Shown here: positions 48,061 to 56,558 of the stretch, in pieces
How the letters are laid out: each line of letters starts with the position of its first letter
How positions within the stretch are numbered: position 1 is the first letter of the stretch
The notes under the pieces: model-generated
The model's database searches: none
What the model was told of the DNA's origin: nothing
The model's input: only the letters and a program-made list of their open reading frames with translations
Translations under genes and position numbers: made by a program
Assembly: GCA_050251945.1 (NCBI GenBank)
Contig: JBFWLW010000001.1
Location: 224,001 to 288,000, forward strand
Origin: Deferribacterales bacterium
GTDB taxonomy: Bacteria; Chrysiogenota; Deferribacteres; Deferribacterales; Geovibrionaceae
Length of the DNA stretch: 64,000 nucleotides
Reading direction: 5' to 3'

Positions 48061-48727
48061 CAGACTTGCCGAGGTCAGAAAAAATATAGACGCCGCCATG
48101 AAAAAGGCAGGCAGAACTGACAGCGTTGAAGTCGTTGCCGTGAGCAAATATTATCCGGCGGAGGCTATTCTTGATGCATATGGATGCGGACACAGAATAT
48201 TCGGTGAAAGCCGTGTTCAGGAAGCCGTTGAAAAGAAAGAGATACTTAAAGATCTGACGGAGCTTGAGCTTCATTTCATAGGGCATCTTCAGACCAATAA
48301 GGTGAAGTATCTGGAAGATATATTCGGGCTGATACATTCAGTTGACAGCGAAAGGCTGGCGGATGAACTTAACAGGTATTTCAATAAGATAGACCGTGTT
48401 CAGGATATTCTCGTTCAGGTGAACATAGCGAACGATCCTGACAAATCCGGAGTTACAGGAGAAGAGGCGGAAAGCCTTTGCAACGCAGTGAAAGATATGC
48501 CCAACCTGAACCTGAGAGGGCTTATGATGATACCTCCTCTGACAGATAATGAGGAAAAAAACAGGAAATATTTTACTGCGATGAAAGAACTTTTTGATAA
48601 ACTGTCTGTCAAAAATGAGAATACCATGGATATTTTGTCTATGGGAATGAGCGATGATTACACAATAGCTGTTGAAGAGGGCAGTACGATGGTGCGCATA
48701 GGCACGGCTCTTTTCGGCGGACGATGA
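48050..48727 (+). CDS. yggS: PLP homeostasis protein YggS
   Basis: VAVSKY, FGESRVQE, HFIGHLQTNK, SMGMSDD, VRIGTALFG. Confidence 0.95.
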   Translation: MFADRLAEVRKNIDAAMKKAGRTDSVEVVAVSKYYPAEAILDAYGCGHRIFGESRVQEAVEKKEILKDLTELELHFIGHLQTNKVKYLEDIFGLIHSVDSERLADELNRYFNKIDRVQDILVQVNIANDPDKSGVTGEEAESLCNAVKDMPNLNLRGLMMIPPLTDNEEKNRKYFTAMKELFDKLSVKNENTMDILSMGMSDDYTIAVEEGSTMVRIGTALFGGR

Positions 48728-48740
48728 TAAAGGGGAAACA

Positions 48741-49565
48741 ATGGCTATTATTTCAATGCTGATAAAATCTTATCTGGTCGTGCTGCTCTTGCGCAGTGTC
48801 ATGACCAGACAGGAGCTTTATTTCAACCCCTTCGGTAAGATGGTGGCGAAGCTCACCGACCCCCTCATGGAAAAATTGCTTAAACTGAACAAAAAGAACG
48901 CCGACAGGTCAACCCTTCTGTTCATTCTGCTTGCGACGGCGCTTACGGCTCTGCTGTATTATGCCATGGGCGGAATGAGCCTCGCGATATCTGCGTTCTT
49001 TGCCATATCAGACATGCTTAACTTCCTGATGATGTTCTACATTGTCAGCATAATACTCGGCATTTTTGCCGGAAACAGCCGCATGTCATATTTCTCTATG
49101 TATTTTAACCGCCTCGGCTCTTTTTGGGTCAATGCGGTGCGGGCGATTCTGCCTATACGGTCAAACGCCGTGGCTGTCCCTGCAATTGTTTTTGTCTTTG
49201 TCTTTTTTACCGTTGTAAACGGAGCAGTCATTCTCTTTATGCAGCACGGGACAGACTTTACGTTTGTTTCATCCAGTCTTATTTCCTCGATGTTCATGTC
49301 CCTTAAATCCGGTCTGTTGTCAATTGTCAGCCTGCTCGGTATCTATATCTGGGTGATAATCATCCGCGCACTGATGAGCTGGGTCAGTCCCGACCCTTCA
49401 AATCCTGTTGTGCAGACGATAATAGCCCTGACAGATCCTGTGCTGGTTCCTTTCAGCCGGATAATTCCCCCGCTGGGACCTGTGGACATCAGCCCTATGA
49501 TTCTGATATTCCTGCTGTATTTTCTTAAGAATATGCTGCTTAGGCTTATCGGAATGCTCCTTTAA
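48741..49565 (+). CDS. Extended YggT-family membrane protein
   Basis: C-terminal IIRALMSWV.PDP.NP...TDP..P...IIPPLG.VDISP; a second YggT-like segment at the N-terminus (NPF..MVAKLTDP). Confidence 0.8.
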   Translation: MAIISMLIKSYLVVLLLRSVMTRQELYFNPFGKMVAKLTDPLMEKLLKLNKKNADRSTLLFILLATALTALLYYAMGGMSLAISAFFAISDMLNFLMMFYIVSIILGIFAGNSRMSYFSMYFNRLGSFWVNAVRAILPIRSNAVAVPAIVFVFVFFTVVNGAVILFMQHGTDFTFVSSSLISSMFMSLKSGLLSIVSLLGIYIWVIIIRALMSWVSPDPSNPVVQTIIALTDPVLVPFSRIIPPLGPVDISPMILIFLLYFLKNMLLRLIGMLL

Positions 49566-50566
49566 TGGAATTCAGCAAGCTCAAATACGTTTACATCGGC
49601 ACAGCACTTATATTTCTTGTCGGAGTGACAGGAACACTCGGTTATATGCATATTGAGCATGCGAATATGCTCGATTCACTGTATATGACAATTATCACCA
49701 TGGCCACAGTCGGTTATGGCGAGATATTCCCTCTGTCGGATGCGGGTAAGATATTCACTATCTTGATCATCATATCCGGCACAGGTACGGTTGCATACAC
49801 GGCGACACAATTTATCGACTACGTTGTCACAGGCGACCTTACCAATTTTTTCGGGAGAAAAAAGATGAACCACATCATCGACAACATGAACAGCCACTAT
49901 ATCCTTTGCGGTTTCGGACGTATGGGAAGGATAATTGCGGGACTGCTCAGAGAGAACAATGTGCCGTTTGTCATAATCGACCCCGAAGACAGGGCGAGCG
50001 AATCCGCGGAAGAAAAATACGTGTTTGTTACAGGCGACGCAACCCATGATGCGGTTCTTAAAAAAGCGGGTGTGATGCGTGCGAAAGGACTTATCACCGT
50101 CGTTGATACGGATGTGAAGAACCTTTACATCGTCCTTACCGCCAAGGGGCTTAACAGAAATCTTTACGTCGTCGCAAAAGTTGCGCAGGAAGACGCCGCA
50201 ACAAAGTTTGAGTGGGCGGGAGCCGACAAGATTGTTTCGCCGTATACCATCGGCGGGCAGAGCATTGCTTACAGCATCATAAAACCATATGTAACGGATT
50301 TCCTCTCCATGGCGATGGGAAATCAGGAATACGGCATCATGGTTGAAGAGGTTATGATACATGAAGGCAATGTTCTGGAAAACACTTCAATTGTTGATTC
50401 CAACGTCCGCAAGATCGGTATCATTATTGTCGCCATAAGAAAAAGCGACGGAGGGTTTATTTATAACCCCGGACCCAACGAGGTCATCAGAGCGAACGAC
50501 ACCCTTATCGCACTTGGCAGAAAGGGTGATTTTGAGGCTCTGAATAAACATTTAAAAAGAGGATAA
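49565..50566 (+). CDS. Potassium channel with TrkA-N/TrkA-C (RCK) domains
   Basis: Selectivity filter TVGYG, CGFGRMG Rossmann motif, C-terminal TrkA-C. Confidence 0.92.
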   Translation: MEFSKLKYVYIGTALIFLVGVTGTLGYMHIEHANMLDSLYMTIITMATVGYGEIFPLSDAGKIFTILIIISGTGTVAYTATQFIDYVVTGDLTNFFGRKKMNHIIDNMNSHYILCGFGRMGRIIAGLLRENNVPFVIIDPEDRASESAEEKYVFVTGDATHDAVLKKAGVMRAKGLITVVDTDVKNLYIVLTAKGLNRNLYVVAKVAQEDAATKFEWAGADKIVSPYTIGGQSIAYSIIKPYVTDFLSMAMGNQEYGIMVEEVMIHEGNVLENTSIVDSNVRKIGIIIVAIRKSDGGFIYNPGPNEVIRANDTLIALGRKGDFEALNKHLKRG

Positions 50567-50567
50567 C

Positions 50568-51542
50568 ATGTGGGTTTTCAGAATATTATATGCAGTTTTC
50601 ATTATGGCGGCATTCGTGCTGGTCAGAGACACGCTGGGCATAGGCATGCCGCAGGCTGTTCTTTATTCTATGGGCGTTATTTTCGCAATAGTTTTCATAG
50701 AAACACTTATCGCAGATATCAAAAGCTATAAGTTCTATGGCGGGCTTGCCGGTGCTGTTGTCGCTATTATTGCCGCGTATTTTATAGCGTCTATATTTGA
50801 GACGTATTTCAATAACGATTCTCTGCGTCTGGCATTCTATTTCTTCGCGCTTTATCTCGGCGTTGCGACTGGTCAGAAATTTTCATGGATAATTGAGAAC
50901 GTACTTTCAAGACTTATGGCAAAACAGCCGAAACAGATAAAATTCAGCGCGTCTTCAAAAGTGCTTGATACATCAACACTTATAGACGGTCGTATGGCAG
51001 ATATCGTCGATACAGGACTTATAGAGGGCGGGCTGGTCATTCCTACCTTCATCCTGAAAGAACTCCAGAATATCGCTGATTCCCACGATCACCTGCGCAG
51101 ACAGAAGGGCAGACGCGGGCTTGATGTTCTGAAACGCTTACAGGAGCAAACAGCCGTGCCTGTTGAGATAAACAACACTGATTTTCTGGAAATAGGCACT
51201 GTTGACGAAAAACTTGTTGCCTTGGCGAAAAAGCTGAAAGCTGATATAATAACAACAGATTTTAACCTTCTGAAAGTTGCTGAAATACAGAATATCAAAG
51301 TTCTGAACATAAATACGCTGTCAATGGCGATGCGCCAGTCTGTTCTTCCGGGTGAGGAATTTGAGATAAGCGTTGTTAAAGAGGGTAAGGAATCCAATCA
51401 GGGTGTCGGCTATCTCGACGACGGCACGATGGTTGTTGTGGAAAACGGGCGCAAATTGATTGGTAAAACAGTAAAAGTTAACGTTACAAGTCTCCTTCAG
51501 ACAGAATCGGGACGTATAATATTTACTAAGGTGAAATATTGA
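50568..51542 (+). CDS. PIN/TRAM-domain membrane protein (YacL family)
   Basis: LDTSTLIDGR, GRRGLD, TTDFNL, QGVGYLDDGTMVVVE. Confidence 0.92.
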   Translation: MWVFRILYAVFIMAAFVLVRDTLGIGMPQAVLYSMGVIFAIVFIETLIADIKSYKFYGGLAGAVVAIIAAYFIASIFETYFNNDSLRLAFYFFALYLGVATGQKFSWIIENVLSRLMAKQPKQIKFSASSKVLDTSTLIDGRMADIVDTGLIEGGLVIPTFILKELQNIADSHDHLRRQKGRRGLDVLKRLQEQTAVPVEINNTDFLEIGTVDEKLVALAKKLKADIITTDFNLLKVAEIQNIKVLNINTLSMAMRQSVLPGEEFEISVVKEGKESNQGVGYLDDGTMVVVENGRKLIGKTVKVNVTSLLQTESGRIIFTKVKY

Positions 51543-52219
51543 ATATAACCGCAATAATACCTGCCGCCGGAATGGGCAAACGTTTCGGCGGCGACGTTAA
51601 AAAGCAGTTTTTCGAGGTTCTCGGGCATACTGTTCTTTATTATACTCTTACGGCTCTGAACCGTGCCTATCCTTTCAAAGAGTTTATCCTCGGCGCCGAT
51701 CCCGACGATTTTTATTTTTTATACTCACAGCTTTCAATGGCGGATATTAAGAATTATCAGCTTGTTCAGGGCGGCGGAGAGCGGTATGAGACAGTTTATA
51801 ACTGTCTGAAAGCGGTCACGACGGACTACGTTTTAATACACGATGCCGTGAGACCGTTCGTGACAGAAGATATCGTGCGAAACGTTGCGGATGCCGCAAA
51901 AGATACAGGTGCGGCGATATGTGGTCTGCCTGTGCGTGATACTTTGAAAAAGATATCCGGCAGTTTCGTTGAAAAAACTGTAAGCAGAGACGAATACGTT
52001 CTTTCACATACCCCGCAGATATTTAAAACATCACTTCTTAAAAAAGCGGTGGAAAATGCCGATGAACGGGGAATTGTTATCACCGATGAGGCTCAGGCTA
52101 TGGAGCTTTTCGGAGTTCGTGTGAAGTGGGCTATGTCTCTGTCTGACAACATAAAAATAACCTTTCTGAACGATATGGATATGGCGGAAGGGCTGGTTCG
52201 TAAATATTTCGGGCAATAA
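51539..52219 (+). CDS. ispD: 2-C-methyl-D-erythritol 4-phosphate cytidylyltransferase
   Basis: PAAGMGKRF..KQF, IHDAVRP, TPQIF, TDEA, NIKIT. Confidence 0.92.
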   Translation: MNITAIIPAAGMGKRFGGDVKKQFFEVLGHTVLYYTLTALNRAYPFKEFILGADPDDFYFLYSQLSMADIKNYQLVQGGGERYETVYNCLKAVTTDYVLIHDAVRPFVTEDIVRNVADAAKDTGAAICGLPVRDTLKKISGSFVEKTVSRDEYVLSHTPQIFKTSLLKKAVENADERGIVITDEAQAMELFGVRVKWAMSLSDNIKITFLNDMDMAEGLVRKYFGQ

Positions 52220-52220
52220 A

Positions 52221-52237
52221 AGGGGCGCGAAGCCCCT
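52221..52237. repeat. Left copy of the duplicated hairpin (target duplication)
   Basis: AGGGGCGCGAAGCCCCT versus AGGGGCGTGAAGCCCCT at 52379-52395 (1 mismatch). Confidence 0.88.
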
Positions 52238-52378
52238 CCGACTCATGACAAAGTCAGTAAAATGCGAGATCGCGTCGTCGCATGCGCTCCTCGCGAAGAC
52301 AAAAGAACGTCTCTGCGAGGGTTTTAACCCGAAGCAGTCTAATGTGAGTCTGTGTAAATTTAGTTTGTCAACAACCCA
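52238..52378. mobile_element. MITE-like element copy 3 (141 bp)
   Basis: Inverted near-copy of 22990-23130 (10 mismatches), flanked by a 17-bp hairpin direct repeat. Confidence 0.87.
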
Positions 52379-52401
52379 AGGGGCGTGAAGCCCCTAATGT
52401 T

Positions 52402-53037
52402 TTATCCTGCAACGGCAGTGAAGCGTTTTTGGATATAATTTCCTTTTTCTGCTTCGTCTATCATGGCGATAGCGTAATCCGCGTAGCTTATCTCGCTCTT
52501 TCCTTCCGAATTCAGAATAAGCTCATCCTGACCAAGTGTATATTTACCTGTGCGTTCGCCGTCTGCCATAAAAAATGCGGCTGGGCTGAAGAACGTCCAG
52601 TTCACATCGTTTCTTTGTTTGAGAGTATCAAATGCCGCCGCCATGCTTCCGGCGACTCCCTTCCATGCGTCGGGAAAATCCGGAGTGTCAAGCAGACGGA
52701 CTTTATGGTCTTTATCCACATAAAGGGTGCTTGCGCCGCCTACCACGAGGAATCTGTTCGGTTTTCCGGCTAAAATATCAATCAGATGTGTCATGACTGT
52801 CTGATGAAGAATAGGGTCATCATTGACTCCGGTACCGAATGCGTTAATGATAACGTCGTTATCTTTGATATCTGAATATGCGAGTGCCAGAATGTCTTTT
52901 TCGACTATATTTCCTTTGAGACCAGCCATTTTAGCTTTGTTTCTGACAACCGCAGTGACGTCGTGACCTCTTTTCTGTGCTTCCTCCACAAGCATTTTTC
53001 CCTGTTTTCCGCTTGCGCCTATAACTGCTATTTTCAT
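52402..53037 (-). CDS. NAD(P)-dependent oxidoreductase (COG2910/YwnB-like)
   Basis: MKIAVIGASGKQG, VVGGAS, WTFFSP, ISYADYA. Confidence 0.9.
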   Translation of the reverse strand: MKIAVIGASGKQGKMLVEEAQKRGHDVTAVVRNKAKMAGLKGNIVEKDILALAYSDIKDNDVIINAFGTGVNDDPILHQTVMTHLIDILAGKPNRFLVVGGASTLYVDKDHKVRLLDTPDFPDAWKGVAGSMAAAFDTLKQRNDVNWTFFSPAAFFMADGERTGKYTLGQDELILNSEGKSEISYADYAIAMIDEAEKGNYIQKRFTAVAG

Positions 53038-53102
53038 AACGTTCTCCTTGTTAAATCAATTTGTATGACTACATTATGGTTTATAGGATATTTTGTAAAG
53101 TA

Positions 53103-53140
53103 AGCACCTTTTTGTGCTATAGTTACCATTTGGAAACTAT
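53103..53140. promoter_or_regulatory. Two palindromes in the divergent promoter, candidate HxlR operators
   Basis: AGCAC-6-GTGCT and ATAGTTACC-4-GGAAACTAT. Confidence 0.55.
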
Positions 53141-53153
53141 TGAGGGGGAAGAT

Positions 53154-53483
53154 ATGAAAAGAGAAATGCCTGCCTGTCCTGTGGAAGTTACGCTGATGCT
53201 TATGGGTGATAAGTGGAAGATACTTATAATACGCGACCTTCTGGATGGGACGAAGCGCTTCGGCGAGCTGAAAAAATCTGTTTGCGGCATATCCCAGAAG
53301 ATGCTGACATCAAATCTTCGCGCGATGGAGGAGTGTATGCTTGTTGCCAGAAAGGTCTACGCAGAAGTGCCGCCAAAAGTCGAATATACGCTGACAGAAA
53401 CAGGGTACAGCCTTAAAACGGTATTGGATTCAATGGCAGAGTGGGGTGAAGCGTACAAAAGACAGGCGTCGGCGCTGGTTTAA
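53154..53483 (+). CDS. HxlR/DUF24-family winged-helix regulator
   Basis: CPVEVTL..MGDKWK, RFGEL, VPPKVEYTLT; start re-set after GAGGGGG. Confidence 0.92.
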   Translation: MKREMPACPVEVTLMLMGDKWKILIIRDLLDGTKRFGELKKSVCGISQKMLTSNLRAMEECMLVARKVYAEVPPKVEYTLTETGYSLKTVLDSMAEWGEAYKRQASALV

Positions 53484-54769
53484 TCCTCCGCCTTTTGAGA
53501 AACCGATTTGTAGTAATCCTGAAGCTTGTCCGTAAGCATTTTACATGTGTGGTACATTCCGGCATTTATGCGCGTCTGGTAAACGTTATCTGCTTCAATC
53601 TTAACATCTTCCGGTATAAACGTTTTATGCTGTCCGGCATGCAGACAGTTTGGTTTCGGGCAAAGGAATTTCACAGGCAGCATGTCGCCTATGGTACTCC
53701 ATATAACCGGGTCTGCGCCGCAGCTGTTTTTGATTTTATAAGCGTATTCCAGAACCAGTGATTTAACGGCAGGCAGGAAAAGCTTACTGATGAATGACAC
53801 CATCTCTTTATCTGCGTAGCCAAGTTCTGCAAGTTCATAAAGCGATTTATGCACCTCAAGGTTATGCGGATCGGTTTTATTTATTTTAACTAATTCCACA
53901 AAGAGGTTGACCGTTATCAGCATGCGCAGGAAGAAATTTTTTCTGTTCATCTGGTCGGTGAATATCGGCACGGATTTGTCGCCGTCGGCATATGTTTTAA
54001 TTCGTATCGCCTCTTCAACGGAGTCGTCGTTTATCAGCGACTTAGCTATTTGCGCAGAGCGATCTATGCAGTCCTGATTCCGGTCGCAGTCCATAAGCTC
54101 TGCTATGTTCTGCAATACGGAGGTCAGTGCTATCTTCGTGAGGAAACCGCCGGATTCGTCGCCAATGAGAATATTTCTGGAAAAAGGTGTGAGCGCGAGA
54201 CTTATGAATGCCGAATTGAAATTATCGGTTATCAGTTCCCTTTTATCAGTAGCATTTTTGAATATCTTCACCATTGCGGTTATGCCGTCGGACGAGGCAA
54301 GCATGTGATCCACAGCTCTGTTGAAAACGTCAAGTGTTTTGACTTCAAGCAGGTTTTCCCTTATCTTATTGTAAAATGAGCTGTATTGATCCTGCGAAAA
54401 GATGAAATCATTCAGTATCATCTCTATGCGCTCATATGTTTTTGACCGATAGTAGCTCAGAACATCGGACGTACATTTGATGGATATTGATGACGTGTGG
54501 AACCTGTCGTCGTTTACATATCTGTCAAGGAGTGCATCAAGATATTTTCCGATCGGAACTCCTGAATTGATAAGGATTTTACCGTTCGGATCGAAAACTT
54601 CTGAACCGAATGGCATCGACGTGCCTATAAGGGTTAATCCGTTCTTTGCAGCATAATCCAGAAACGAACGTCTGCCCATGCTGCGTAGTTTTGTGATCAG
54701 ATCGTTTTCAGAAATCCCTGTATCTAAAGAAATTAATTCAAAAATGTTGTTATGTTCGATATTTCTCAT
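53480..54769 (-). CDS. Hypothetical protein, degenerate HD-GYP-like fold with Cys-rich C-terminus
   Basis: Long ORF filling the gap; remote motif resemblance described under findings. Confidence 0.6.
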   Translation of the reverse strand: MRNIEHNNIFELISLDTGISENDLITKLRSMGRRSFLDYAAKNGLTLIGTSMPFGSEVFDPNGKILINSGVPIGKYLDALLDRYVNDDRFHTSSISIKCTSDVLSYYRSKTYERIEMILNDFIFSQDQYSSFYNKIRENLLEVKTLDVFNRAVDHMLASSDGITAMVKIFKNATDKRELITDNFNSAFISLALTPFSRNILIGDESGGFLTKIALTSVLQNIAELMDCDRNQDCIDRSAQIAKSLINDDSVEEAIRIKTYADGDKSVPIFTDQMNRKNFFLRMLITVNLFVELVKINKTDPHNLEVHKSLYELAELGYADKEMVSFISKLFLPAVKSLVLEYAYKIKNSCGADPVIWSTIGDMLPVKFLCPKPNCLHAGQHKTFIPEDVKIEADNVYQTRINAGMYHTCKMLTDKLQDYYKSVSQKAED

Positions 54770-54921
54770 ATCTTCTCACATAGAGTAAGCATCGCTAAGT
54801 ATAATACAAATTTGAGTTTTGAACAGCATAATGTATATATTTGCATGATTATTATCTTAAAATTGAACATATCTCAATTCGTAAAGTCTTTGACTTGAAA
54901 TGTAAGAGGTGATAAATAATT

Positions 54922-55566
54922 ATGATGGATTTTAATATAGCGGAATACATACGATTTATAGCGCTGGCGATAGTTCCGTTCATGTTTGCGGTGACCGTTC
55001 ACGAGTTTTCACACGGCATGAGCGCATATATGCTTGGCGACGACACGGCAAAACGAGCGGGCAGGCTGACCCTTAACCCAATCGCCCATATTGACCTTTT
55101 CGGGCTTTTGTTTCTGATAATCACACGCCTTTTCGGGTGGGCAAAACCTGTTCCGGTGAATTACGGCAATCTTTACCGAAAAACCAGATACGGTCCCGCC
55201 ATAGTGGCTTTCGCAGGTCCACTGTCAAACTTTGTGCTGGCGATAGTTTCGGCGATTATCCTTCGCATACTGTACAATGTTCAGGTGCAGGAAGGCAGTA
55301 TGCTTATGAAAGTGCTGGTTCCCGTTGCGGGGATGCTTAAAATATCGGTATCCATCAACCTTGCGCTGTTCATTTTCAACCTGATACCAATTCCGCCGCT
55401 GGACGGAGGGCGCATCGTCACGAATTTCCTGCCTTATGACAAGGCTGTTAAATTTGCTTCCATAGAGAGATACGGGTTTATCATCATCCTGCTTCTGTTC
55501 CTTACAAGGGCGATAGACTACGTTCTTTTGCCGGCGATGAATTTTTTTATGAATATTCTTCTTTAG
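54922..55566 (+). CDS. Site-2 protease (M50 family)
   Basis: HEFSH, LNPIAHID, AGPLSN, FNLIPIPPLDG. Confidence 0.93.
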   Translation: MMDFNIAEYIRFIALAIVPFMFAVTVHEFSHGMSAYMLGDDTAKRAGRLTLNPIAHIDLFGLLFLIITRLFGWAKPVPVNYGNLYRKTRYGPAIVAFAGPLSNFVLAIVSAIILRILYNVQVQEGSMLMKVLVPVAGMLKISVSINLALFIFNLIPIPPLDGGRIVTNFLPYDKAVKFASIERYGFIIILLLFLTRAIDYVLLPAMNFFMNILL

Positions 55567-55577
55567 AGGTTTTATAG

Positions 55578-56558
55578 ATGGAAAAAGTATTGAGCGGGAT
55601 GCGTCCCACGGGCAGACTGCATATCGGACATTATTACGGAGCGCTTAAAAACTGGCTGGATCTGCAGGAAAAGCATGAATGCTTTTATTTCGTTGCAGAC
55701 TGGCACGCACTCACAACTAATTATGAAAACCCGGAAGACATTATAGAGAACCGCAGACAGCTTGTTTTCGACTGGCTGAGTGTCGGCATCGACCCCAACA
55801 AATGTACTATGTTTGTTCAGTCTCATAACATCTATCATGCAGAACTGAGCCTTCTGCTCTCGATGCTTACACCTGTGAGCTGGCTGGAAAGATGTCCCAC
55901 ATACAAAGAGATTAAACAGGAACAGACGAATAAGGATCTGTCAAACCTTGGTTTTCTCAGCTATCCGGTGCTTATGACCGCGGACATCATCATGTATAAC
56001 GCAACCTATGTGCCTGTCGGCGAAGACCAGCTCCCACACATAGAGATAAGCCGTGAGATAATCCGCAGATTCCACCACCTTTATAACTGCGAAGTGTTTA
56101 CAGAACCGAAAGGTGTTCTGACGGAAGTTCCAAGACTCCCAGGGCTTGACGGAAGAAAGATGAGCAAAAGCTACGGAAATGCCATAATGCTTTCAGAAGA
56201 CCTGAAAGAGGTTGAGAGCAAAATTAAAAAGATGGTGACTGACACCAACCGCCAGAGACTGAAAGACCCCGGAAACCCAGAAATATGCCCTGTGTTTGAC
56301 TATCATAAAGTGTTCTCCACCGAAGAGGAAAGAGAATATATCATAAAGGGCTGCACATCGGCAGGAATAGGCTGTATGGAATGTAAAATGATACTATACA
56401 GGCACATGCAGAAACTTCTGGAACCCATTCAGGAGCGCCGCAGAAAATTTGAAAGCGAGATCAAAGACATAAATGAGTTCTTAAAGCCCATGCAGGACAA
56501 AGCCAACGAAGAGGCAGCCTGCATGATGGAAAAAGTGAGGAAAGCGCTTAAAATATGA
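55578..56558 (+). CDS. trpS: Tryptophanyl-tRNA synthetase
   Basis: HIGH, VPVGEDQ, KMSKS. Confidence 0.97.
   Translation: MEKVLSGMRPTGRLHIGHYYGALKNWLDLQEKHECFYFVADWHALTTNYENPEDIIENRRQLVFDWLSVGIDPNKCTMFVQSHNIYHAELSLLLSMLTPVSWLERCPTYKEIKQEQTNKDLSNLGFLSYPVLMTADIIMYNATYVPVGEDQLPHIEISREIIRRFHHLYNCEVFTEPKGVLTEVPRLPGLDGRKMSKSYGNAIMLSEDLKEVESKIKKMVTDTNRQRLKDPGNPEICPVFDYHKVFSTEEEREYIIKGCTSAGIGCMECKMILYRHMQKLLEPIQERRRKFESEIKDINEFLKPMQDKANEEAACMMEKVRKALKI

Noticed and set aside
53061..53153. N-terminal extensions given by the ORF track (hxlR here; likewise rimP, aroE, glgP, VOC, EIIA and the 17382 ORF)
   Set aside because: Downstream starts match family N-termini and mostly have Shine-Dalgarno sequences; the extensions run through promoters or upstream genes.
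54890..54927. Possible leaderless start for the site-2 protease gene
   Set aside because: TTGACT-17-TAAATA is plausible, but a GAGGTG Shine-Dalgarno-like sequence is also present, so the evidence is ambiguous.
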